From Octopus sinensis (Eukaryota), in the NCBI RefSeq assembly GCF_006345805.1, contig NW_021824969.1, forward strand, positions 1 to 16,898: a stretch of 16,898 nt of DNA. The letters are read 5' to 3'. The position numbers and the translations under genes were made by a program. The notes below the pieces were generated by a model that did not search any database, was not told the DNA's origin, and saw only the letters and a list, made by a program, of their open reading frames with translations. Shown piece after piece: positions 7,639-16,898 of the stretch (position 1 is its first letter; the number at the start of each line of letters is the position of its first letter).

Positions 7639-8489
7639 TGAGATATTGAGATAGTCATTTCTTTTTTCAGAATAAAACCTCACTCCATATATTCATTGCT
7701 CACTCATTTATTATTGCTCTTAGCTTATTTTATCTGATGCTCATTGTCTGGAAATCTTTCTTCACACGTCAGTGATCTCTTCAGTGATTAGTTCTTTTAC
7801 GGTATACCAATACTGTTCTTGTGGTTATTGTCTGGAGCCAATAATGGAAATAGTTGTGAGGTTATCGGATTTGTTTCAAAAACAAACAAAATAATCCTAC
7901 AACTATTTCTTATCTCTAAAGAGGATTCAAACATTGCATAATTAACACCTAGAAAGCATTTGAAATAGATCGTAAATTCAACGCTGGTTTGTTTTGATCA
8001 TAGTTCTGCTTCATGAGGTCTATACCGTGCATAACCCAGCAGAAAATGAAGTTATTTGTCGTATACCGTACATTGCGTGACATTTAACGTCAAGTTAGAT
8101 AATATAGGATTAACACAAGTAGTGGATTTAATGATGCCTCGCCAACAAACTCATCAGTGTCACCTAATTTCACCTCATTTCGAATACGAAATCTGATGCT
8201 AACTGTATCGATGTCGAGGTTCCTTTAAATTTGAAAACTAATTCATTGACTTCAACTATTGTCTCAAATATCAAGTGGGTATTGACATGATAGGAAAGGG
8301 CATTTAATTTCCTCTTTGCACGAAATATTTACACGTGTGTTTGTGAGGGGGTGGTTAACATTACTGGAAAATATATTAATTAATATATAGCATTACGAAT
8401 TTTAAATGATTGTCTGATCAAAATGTCGGCAACTCGTTTTAGAGCGGACAGTGCCCCATAGTGAAACTGTTTAGAACAATAACTTTGAC

Positions 8490-8528
8490 ATTATTAAATT
8501 GAAAGCCTTATATTATTAAATTGAAAGC
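8490..8528. repeat. 17-bp direct duplication, period 22
   Basis: attattaaattgaaagc at 8490-8506 and 8512-8528. Confidence 0.85.
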
Positions 8529-9224
8529 TGTACTTATTTAGGAACAAAAATTATAATGGGAATGTTCCAATAACAGGAACATTGCAAATGTTTGTTGCTA
8601 ATTGTTGAAAACAAAAAAAAATAAATAAATAAATAGATTTTCGACGTCTATAAATATAGTAGATAAAATCGATCTTCAACCAACAAAAATGTACGTACAG
8701 TATCGACAACACTCGCCTCAAAACCCACTTAAAATAATTCAATTAATACTGTATACCTTGTAGATCGATTATATGTAAACATTATGACATATATTGCTGA
8801 TTTTACTCACATTGGGTACATTTTCGAAAATAAGAGACAATAAAATAAACAGCTCTATACTACATAAAAAATAAGAACATCGTTTCATGAACATATAAAG
8901 CAATAATTCTTCCCAGGGGTACTTTAATATCCTACTAAACATCAATTTTTATTTCTAAATTCCTTTCTCTAAGTGTCCTCGTTTCGTAAGAGTAAGTGTC
9001 ACTGTTCGTTTTCCGTCCAGCCATTGATGCTATGAAGCCAAATAAAATTTTAACAATTGAATTATGGAGTGATATAACCGAATCAGCAAGAAATTTATAT
9101 AAGGAACATGAACTGGCGTCAGACACTCTGGCTCGAGTTAAATGTTACATTTAGAAAAATAGTATGAACGGCTTTTTGAATTGACATATATCCTTATCAA
9201 GTAGAGATGAAGATATTGTCGATG

Positions 9225-9227
<3 letters not shown>

Positions 9228-9278
<51 letters not shown>

Positions 9279-9358
9279 CTTGCGTGTGTACATATATACA
9301 AACACGCAACATCACTCTGTCCCCCTCTGTAAATCTGTATGTATCTATGTATGTATAA

Positions 9359-9390
<32 letters not shown>

Positions 9391-9430
9391 TTTATAGCAT
9401 ATATACATATATACATATCTATATATAAAT
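9228..9430. repeat. Compound (TA)n/(CA)n microsatellite block
   Basis: Directly visible. Confidence 0.9.
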
Positions 9431-9842
9431 GCACAACCACATAGATATGCGAGTATATTTGTGTGTACGTGTGGGGGATGCAAAAAAGGGGAAACCGTCA
9501 GAGTGGGGAAACCTAAGCATATAAACATCATTATGTTCGTTTATTTGCCAGTATAATTATAAAGTAAATGCATACATAAATACGTACAACTACAGTTCGG
9601 TGTATCTGCTACTGAATTTGAAATTGAAATTGTTTTGTTTGTTTTTACTTCCAGCATTCATCGACAAAAGCTTCAGCATTAACGTTAGAATTTATCTATT
9701 CATATTACTTGTATTAACCACATATTTTTTTTTTAGCTTTCATTAAAATAAAGGAAAATGTGTATAAAAAGGCCGACTTCAACTAGCAGTGTATACTTGA
9801 AGATTGCTGTATTTAACGATGATGTTCTCAGAAATTTGATGA

Positions 9843-10178
9843 AGCGCATGACGTCAGTGTTTAGAGCGCTGAGCTCACAATCATGAGGTAGTGAGTTCGT
9901 TTCCTAGAGTGGGTTGTATGTTGTGTGTTTGAGCGAGACACTTTATTTCACGTTGCTCCAGTTCACTCAGCTGTTGAAATGAGTTACAGCGTCATTGGTG
10001 CCAAGCACTATCGACCTTTGGCTTTCCCTCGATTAACATCGGTGGCATGAAGAGGAAAGGGTGATATGCATGGACAGCTGCCGATCTTCCATAAACAACC
10101 CTGCCCAAACTTGTGCCTGAGAAGTTAAGTTTCGAGGTGCAATCCCATGGTCATTCATGACTGAAGGGGGTCTTTACT
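9843..10178 (+). mobile_element. SINE family C, tRNA-derived with CORE-like central domain
   Basis: Head agcgcatgacgtcagtgtttagagcg...gagttcgtttcct (A/B-box-like), central ttgagcgagacactttatttcacgttgctccagttcactcagctg, 3' end catggtcattcatgactgaagggggtctttac. Confidence 0.8.
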
Positions 10179-10632
10179 CCCAGCGATTTGAAATTGAAGA
10201 TCACGATTTTTTTTCTATGATTAATATCAATTTATTATACAAACATATGTGCACATATATACCCGGTTATACCTATATAATGGACAGAACAGACCGTTTC
10301 CTACTCAGGGAGGTATATGCGCACGCGTAGTTTCTTCATTCTCTTTCTTTCTTTCTTTCTCTCTCTCTCCCCCTTTCTCTCAGATATACATGTCTTTGAG
10401 GATATTTGCGACGTTTTATGTGCTTCTTGACTGCATATATTTCATATATTGTTGTATATGGTGTCATTATATATTTTATATAAGTTGTTCTTCATGGGAA
10501 TTCTTGTTCTGGTTAGTACAATATTGTTTAGTGGATCCTAATGTAAGGTGTTTTGTTATATTCTTTGCACCATGCATTGCGTGATTGTGTTCATTGGGAC
10601 TTTACGATTTTACGTAATTTTCCTTTCAAGTC

Positions 10633-10713
10633 TCTAGTTTTTTTAAGATTTGCATGTGTGTTTGTGTTTGTGTGTGTGCATGTATGTGTGTATGTGTGTG
10701 CACGTGTGTGTGT
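10633..10713. repeat. (TG)n compound microsatellite
   Basis: Directly visible. Confidence 0.95.
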
Positions 10714-11658
10714 ACGTTCATTTTCTTTGCTTTTGCTAATTCCACTCCGAGTGTCGCGATTATACTAACTATACGACTGGCAATGTTTGAATTCAATTGG
10801 CCATATTTCGTAGTGCACGAGGGAATGTTATCCCATGTTTTATGGCATTACTCTGAATTTCCTTGAATAATACGTAGCAGAGATTCCTCAAACCGTCTCC
10901 AGTACGTGGCCCTCATTTAAGATGGTGAGGGTAATAGTTTTAGGAACAAGCAGAAGTAACCAACTCCAGGAATGACATAGCTTACATTACTGAAAGTAAG
11001 CACGGTGGTCATAGTTGGTGGCTTACGTTAAAGTTTCTCTGCAGAGGTAGTATCGTTTCTTGGTCATTTCTACTAGTTGATAGAATCAGGCCTGGCTTTT
11101 GGCGCATCGTAGACATTTTGTAATGTACACAAGGAAAACAGCAAAATCTTTTCAAACTCCTTGTAGGTGACCAGATGGCTGTGACTCAAAAGTTGTAATC
11201 CCTCTTAACCCAGCGTATGTATGTATGTATGCTACCCTACATATACACACAGATAACAAATATACACACACACACACAATATATATATATACCTATATAT
11301 ATAAAGGACACTGATTCGGTCACAGGAGTACGACAAGACGAAAGAAACTTTGGCCGAAATAAGATTAGATTAATGTAAAAAATAAATATCACTGAAGCAA
11401 AATAACACCAAATATATAGTGCGTGTGTTTTTATTGGCTAAACTGGCCATATGACATTCCGAATATAACATATCTGTTTCAACACACGACTTCACATAAA
11501 AAAAATCTTGCACAAACAAATATTTAAAACATATATATATATATTTATACACATACCAATACACACCCACACACGATACACACACACATACACACACATA
11601 TATCTATATATAAAGATGTACTTGATGTTATGTTTATTTATAACATTCTATTCTCCAG

Positions 11659-11760
11659 ATCTGTGTGTACATTATTGTATATCGGAGAGCTATGGAACTA
11701 TCATATTTCCATCAATTTCAAGATCGAGGTATCTGGAAAAGCTGTTCTTAATACCATTTT
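11659..11760 (+). CDS. Candidate internal host exon, 102 nt, unknown product
   Basis: Acceptor cattctattctccag and consensus donor gtaagt. Length is a multiple of 3 and two of three frames are open (LCVHYCISESYGTIIFPSISRSRYLEKLFLIPF or SVCTLLYIGELWNYHISINFKIEVSGKAVLNTI). No homology recognised. Confidence 0.3.
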
Positions 11761-11945
11761 GTAAGTTTTTGAAAACTTTACATCATTCAGAGAAATGACT
11801 GAGACAACTTTATACTGGTGTATGATCGGAAATTTAAAAATAATAAAATATATCAAGTGAATGTACTTAATCCACATAGTAGCGTATTGATAATTATAGG
11901 CTTGAAAGCATCGATTTTTTCTTGTCAGCTCACTGGACATCTCAC

Positions 11946-12367
11946 TGTGCAGTGTCACATTAATTAATAAGTACTGCTTAAACACTGTTCAATTTCGCAT
12001 TATTGTTGTGATATGAAATGGAGAGGCTTTAATATCGGAATATCTTTCGTTAAATAACTTTAATTAATGTAGTATTCAAAGCCAAGTTTATTTCTTCTAC
12101 ATAACTCGTTAATCGATATAGCTTTGTAAATTAAAATTTTATTTCTTCTTGGATTTATGTTGATATGCATTATATAAGAATTGCTCAGAAAATATGACAT
12201 GACGCTAATTCTATATATATTAACGAGTTATGTAGAAAACAAAAACTACATTAATTCAAGTTATTTAACGAAAGATATTCCAATATTAAGCCTCTAAATT
12301 TCATATCACTTCCCTATTGTGAAATTGAACAGTGTTTAAGCAGTACTTATTAACGTGCCACTGCACA
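11946..12367. mobile_element. About 420-bp foldback/MITE-like element with long inverted arms (11946-12121 and 12211-12367)
   Basis: Arms align end to end, with a perfect 33-bp core (11964-11996 vs 12321-12353) and long matches such as ggaatatctttcgttaaataactt and tctacataactcgttaat. Spacer is about 90 bp. Termini are TGTG...CACA. No TSD found. Confidence 0.85.
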
Positions 12368-13855
12368 AACCGTCAACCAATCTTAAGTATATTAGCAAAT
12401 TCGGTAATCATTCTAGGGCAATTACTAGGAATTTAGTTAAGAATATTTCATTTCAATTGTCTAAGTTATCTGCTAATGTTGACATTTTCAACGATAAGGC
12501 CGAGTTTTATAACTCTGCCTTATACAGGTTATACAGAGAAATTTACCTACATTAATTCCATTCAATCTTATTCTACCTTTACTAATGGAGATATGAAATC
12601 TAGTTGTAAGGATATAAACGATATCAATTTTAATTTATACGCCAACACCAAATATAGGAAGGGAGATAATCCTTATTTAATCCCCTATTCTTGTTATAAA
12701 GGTAAATCTATGTCTTTCAAAGAGAGTTACACTAAAAATAAGGTAACTAATAGTAAACTCATTTTGTTAATTGTTCCTTACGGGAGGCAAATTAAATCTA
12801 ATCTTCCTTTGCAGTTTCGTGAAGCTATTATTAGAAATTTTCCAAAGAATTCTTGGTATTATTCTATTATCAACTCACACACGGTCAGGGTTGCTTTGTC
12901 CAACACGAAAATGTCTTACAAATTATTTCTTCGCATAATATTAACCTGTTAAATATTGATACATTTACTATTACTAACATTAATTTAGCTAATTCCATCT
13001 ACCCCACTAGAAATATTAATAACAAGATTATTGTAATTGAAGTCAATTACAACAGAATCAACTTTTTGTCAAGTAACTCTAAAATTCAAAATTCTATATA
13101 CCAGTATAAAATTGCTTCCGGTAATGTAGTATTTTTTATATAAGCAGCGCATCTTCTTAGTTATCTAAAATAATTTCTAATCATTACTCTACTTTTAAGG
13201 ACAGGAATAAACGTAACAGTACAGGGCTCAATAGATTAATTTGGTATCTAAAACCACAACAAACAATTTAATTTAGATTGGTTGATTCTCTCAATGTCGG
13301 TAGCTTATGACAAAGGCAAGGAATTCTGTCTTCTCCGTAATTCTGAACTATTTTTTATTCTTTTTTTTAGCAATCCCCCTGTAAACCCGGTTATAGAGCG
13401 TGCATACCGATGTAAATATTGGCGGAAACACACCTTTAGTTCATATAAGTGATATCTATCATTATATATAATTGAAACATTAATTTTCTCCTTACATTTC
13501 ACATTGAATAGATATATCTTTTTCCAAGTCTAATTGGTTTTATTTAATATACATACAGTTATATACTTCTCGTTTATTTGCTTTTTTCTTTCCTTTACCC
13601 ATTCTCTTTCTATAAGCTACCTTTGACTTTATAACCTCTAACGTTTTTTGAAAGAAACTTAATAGCGTTATACATATCTATCATTTTCTGTTAAAATGTC
13701 TGATTGACGAGTTTCATTTCTTCATTTCCGTGAAGAGAATATTACATTGTTTTACACCATTTTATTCATTTGGAATAATAACAGTGATATCGTCGAAACA
13801 AGTGTCGGAAGTAAAAGAAATTAAACAACACCTGCGTTTGACTCCATTTATATAT
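12368..13855 (+). mobile_element. 5'-truncated, decayed Penelope-like retroelement (Naiad-type RT thumb + GIY-YIG endonuclease + 3' UTR/pLTR)
   Basis: Across frameshifts: KPSTNLKYISKFGNHSRAITRNL..LSKLSANVDIFNDKAEFYNSAL (about KP..YI..SNHP..I..I..RLS.LS....F......Y..AL) / GYTEKFTY / VPYGRQIKSNL..FREAIIRNFPKNSWYYSIINSHTVRVA (about PPYS.NVKTN..F...I..HFP....H.IFN..TVKVS) / IISSHN / NSIYQYKI..FYISSA..NHYSTFKDRNKRNSTGLNRLIWYLK (GIY-YIG) / FNLDW..CLLRNSE..RCKYWRKH*. Stop at 13450-13452. The 3' boundary is approximate. Confidence 0.88.
13724..13812 (+). ncRNA. Degenerate type I hammerhead ribozyme in the PLE 3' region
   Basis: Stem I atttcc/ggaagt. Core gTGAAGA (13730-13736, C3 replaced by G). Long imperfect stem II 13737-13794. 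GAAA at 13795-13798. Minimal stem III ca/tg. GUC cleavage triplet at 13804-13806. Hammerheads are an established feature of Penelope-like pLTRs. Confidence 0.55.
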
Positions 13856-13921
13856 ATATAGAGAGAGAGAAATATTATTATTTCTAAGTCGCTCTAAATG
13901 AGACTACATCAGTGGTACTGG

Positions 13922-14218
13922 ATATTAACAGTTATCGCCAAGCTAATATGGCAGTCCATAAATATAGGAAGAAAACTGGCGTTGATTAGCTCCAAGATGC
14001 CATCGCCTCTAGCTAGCTATATGACACACGAACCTGTGTCCATTATAACTGTCGAACAGGGGATGTTAGCCGCTTCCCCGTGCTGGTCAGACATCTGCAG
14101 ACATGTTTGCCTTTTATCAATGCAGAGTAGCAAGCTAGAAGCGATGGCCTCTTGGAGCTAATCAACGGCAGCTTTCTTCCTATATTTATGGACTGCCATA
14201 CTAGCTTGGCGATAACTG

Positions 14219-14225
<7 letters not shown>
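13922..14225. repeat. 98-bp inverted repeat pair (92/98 identical by eye) with 108-bp spacer; internal part 13929-14218 flanked by TTAA
   Basis: 13922-14019 vs 14128-14225, 6 substitutions and no indels. The ORF track shows the same peptide on both strands (ILTVIAKL.WQSINIGRKL.LISSK). TTAA at 13925-13928 and 14219-14222. Confidence 0.97.
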
Positions 14226-14253
<28 letters not shown>

Positions 14254-14965
14254 GCTGGTTTTGATGATGAAATTTCATACAGGATCAGCAAAGCTAATAA
14301 TAGGTTTTGTAGGTTTGACATGTGCCTCTTGTCAGGTCATAGTATATCTTTCAAAATTGCAGTTAGGGTTTATAACACATGCTTCCTTCCATCTTTGCTA
14401 TATGGAAGTGAGACCTGGGCTGCTTAGCATTTGGAACGATATCATCGATATTGTCTTAGGAAAATTCTTGGGAAAATGAAGAAGTGAAGTATTTGAAATG
14501 ATTGATGGTAGAAGTGTAGAATCAATAATTCAGCAAAGTTGCTTGAGGTGGATTGGATATCTACTACTAATGAATGATGAAAGACTTGCCGAGCAACTTC
14601 TGTATGGTAAGCCGGAAGATGGTAGATCAACATGTAAACCCAAATTGAGGTTCAAGGACTGCCTCAGAATTGCTCTGACACAGACATGTGTTTCAGTTGT
14701 TGATTGGAAGGGGGGGGGCAAACCGAGATGGATGGAGAAAGAGAGTAGTGCACAGTGGCTGTTTCAGGTTTCAGGGGTGGGGAACGAAGCACGAGAAGAT
14801 TAGGAGAAGGCTTAGAAGGACTGAACCTGTGGAAAAACAGGGAGTGTTGCTTTTGTGTTTGTGTGGTTTGTGCTTTAGTCGCGCTGACCTGATCAGCCAT
14901 CAGCGTACTTATTCTGACGGTAAACAGTGATATGGTTATTGTTCACAGCAGAGAATGTGCAACAT
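14226..14965 (+). mobile_element. RTE-clade LINE, 3' fragment (RT C-terminus to C2H2-like finger), decayed
   Basis: FDDEISYRISKA..VYNTCFLPSLLYGSETW..LERYHRYCLRKILG / SVESIIQQSCLRWIGY..M.DERL..QLLYG..KPKLRFKDCL / RDGWR..CLCGLCFSRADLISHQR* are the characteristic RTE (BovB-like) C-terminal motifs. Stop at 14928-14930. Confidence 0.92.
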
Positions 14966-15177
14966 GTGGAAAGTATGTGGAAGGCATGCCAAAGGAGTTT
15001 ATACTGCAGCACCTCGTTCCTCTGTCAGCCAAAATAGTTGTGCATGTTGTAATACAACGTCCAAAACTTTCGCCGGTGTCAAGGGTTATACAAGGGTCAC
15101 ACATTACATCAACATTGACTAATTTGAATGATTCTTTTTAGCAATGACTTCGCCTGTACACGAGAAAGCAGTTAAGA

Positions 15178-15182
15178 TATAC

Positions 15183-15241
<59 letters not shown>

Positions 15242-15392
15242 GTATGTATTTATGTATATATATATATATGTGTGTGTGTATATATGTATACATACATATA
15301 TATGTACATATGTATTATGTATGTATGCAGGTATGTATGTATGTATATATGTACATATATATATATATATTGATAGGTAGATAGATAGATAT

Positions 15393-15463
<71 letters not shown>

Positions 15464-15470
15464 CATACAT
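15178..15470. repeat. Compound (TA)n/(TATG)n/(GATA)n microsatellite block
   Basis: Directly visible. The (GATA)n run spans about 15372-15462. Confidence 0.97.
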
Positions 15471-15474
15471 AGAT

Positions 15475-15714
15475 GGATATGGCCTAGTGGTTAGGATGTA
15501 TCACGCATGCGATTGCGAGAGCATTATTTCAATTGTTAGAACGGGATAGAGCGTTGCGTTCTTGAACAAAACACTTCATCTCGCACTGCTCAGCGATCAC
15601 TGAAACGACTAAAGTGTGGCACACAGTGCACCGTTTCACATAGCGTTGATTGTTGAGAGTGAGCTAATGGGCGGCACGTACATTTTATCACTGTATATGA
15701 ATCATTTGGGCAGG
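15475..15714 (+). mobile_element. SINE family D (head related to family C, different 3' body), diverged
   Basis: A-box-like tggcctagtggttagg. ttcttgaacaaaacacttcatctcgcactgctc parallels family C ttgagcgagacactttatttcacgttgctc. Distinct 3' part gagtgagctaatg...tttatcactgtata. Confidence 0.7.
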
Positions 15715-15928
15715 TATGCATGTGAATAAATGTTTAAATAGGCAATATATATGGTAAATGATAATATAGAATCAAGAACTCTGCATAACTCTGTACGAGG
15801 TCACCACATATGTAGACTCAGTTAAAAAGGAAAACGGTTTAGTTAAATAATTTACTAATAAGTATGTGATAGTTTATACATTTGTTCCGAAGCAAAGTTT
15901 ACGTAAATCCCTAAACATCTTATTAGGC

Positions 15929-15929
<1 letters not shown>

Positions 15930-15976
<47 letters not shown>

Positions 15977-16125
15977 GGAGATGGAGAGAGAGATAGACAG
16001 AGAGATATATAGATAGATACTTATATGTGTGTCTGTGTCTATGCATATGTGCATGTGTGTGTGTGTATGTTTATGTATGTATATATCTATGTATATGTGT
16101 GTGCGTATATATATATGTATGTATG
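15930..16125. repeat. (TA)n-(GA)n-(TG)n compound microsatellite
   Basis: Directly visible. Confidence 0.93.
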
Positions 16126-16192
16126 TAAATGTCCCTTTTTGTATCCTCTAGTTGTTTGGATGTTTTGCGCTCTTGTCCCATTTGTCGAATTC

Positions 16193-16228
<36 letters not shown>

Positions 16229-16898
16229 TAGTGTTTTACTCATTATCTTTTATTAAACTTTTAATACTTTTGATATATTTAAAATAATATAAATGAATTA
16301 ATTTTATGTATTGGCTTAAGTTTTTCATTGTTTGATTTGCCTAATAGTGGTTTTATCTCTAATTTAATATAATATAATATATATATATATACATACATAT
16401 GTATGTATATATGTACATATGTATGTATATATATAGATATCTGTGTGTGTGTGTTATGCGTTTAGTTTTGAGTATAGATTAAAAGAGTACTGGGTGTCTT
16501 CGTAGCGATTAATATTATATTTATCGTCACGTTAGTCTATCTTCTTCAACAACGTCATTCCCATCATCATTTATTTACTCATTTCCCTGAAGAGTTACTC
16601 GGGCTGTAATCTCATCTTTAAGTTTTTAATTTCTTCTCTTTATGTTTTTTCCTTTCATTAATTTTTTTTTTTTCATTTTACTCATATTTACATTTCTTAG
16701 AAGATATCTAATATTTATAATTTTGCAAATTTGCATTGTATTTAAAACTTTTTTAAAATATTTTTCAACATTTTTCATTAATTTTTTCAGTAGTTCTCTT
16801 TGAATATTTTTTTTTTCAGTTCTTTTCTTCTGTCTTCTAAATTATTTTAATATTTCACTCAAAATATTTTTTTATTCATCTCAATTCTCTAATTTGTG

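Noticed and set aside
7680-8330. Protein-like patches on both strands (VHNPAENEVICRIPY, DEFVGEASL, TCVNPIL, GLTQVVDL)
   Set aside because: Each suggests a different family (ALDH or capsid, C2, GPCR, LINE endonuclease), the motif order is inconsistent and stops are frequent. No supportable call without a search.
10832-10889. Minus-strand LFKEIQSNAIKHG resembling a histidine-kinase N box
   Set aside because: Single short motif with a stop soon after and no G1/F/G2 boxes.
11943-11949. CACTGTG (RSS heptamer reverse complement) at the foldback left edge, and ACAAACC at the right edge
   Set aside because: No heptamer-spacer-nonamer arrangement, and the right-hand sequence is explained by PLE coding sequence (HKP).
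13453-13720. Search for a SECIS element in the PLE 3' UTR
   Set aside because: No convincing RUGA/GA quartet with a helix and apical AA was found by eye. Needs SECISearch on the family consensus.
187-16231. Most ORF-track entries with YIYI, HTHT, CVCV or SIYL runs
   Set aside because: They are translations of (TA)n, (CA)n, (TG)n and (GATA)n microsatellites, which lack stops in some frames.
16578-16612. catttccCTGAAGAG plus small hairpin, similar to the hammerhead start at 13723-13737
   Set aside because: No GAAA or cleavage triplet follows, and the opposite strand reads as coding-like, so the match may be chance.

Overview
AT-rich eukaryotic non-coding DNA, intronic or intergenic in character and saturated with (TA)n/(TG)n/(GATA)n microsatellites. 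The SINE sequences are the type I recognise from octopus (coleoid cephalopod) genomes; this is an inference, no search was run. There is no intact gene, rRNA, tRNA or CRISPR array, and almost all ORF-track entries are microsatellite artefacts or transposon relics. The window is a layered transposon graveyard. It holds the 3' end of a CR1/L2/Jockey-group LINE (1-252), about 10 SINE copies or fragments from 4 families, a Merlin (IS1016/IS1595-like) transposase relic (2819-3114), a probable Polinton/Maverick protein-primed PolB C-terminal fragment (6438-6545), and an RTE LINE 3' end (14226-14965). It also holds a 5'-truncated Naiad-type Penelope-like element (12368-13855) with an RT thumb, a GIY-YIG endonuclease, a TGA at a conserved Cys position and a degenerate hammerhead ribozyme. 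Four local foldback structures (21 to about 170 bp arms) and an antiparallel nested SINE pair are present. The LINE 3' tail and the main SINE 3' tail share sequence and a covarying stem-loop. A few splice-site-bounded segments may be host exons but cannot be confirmed.
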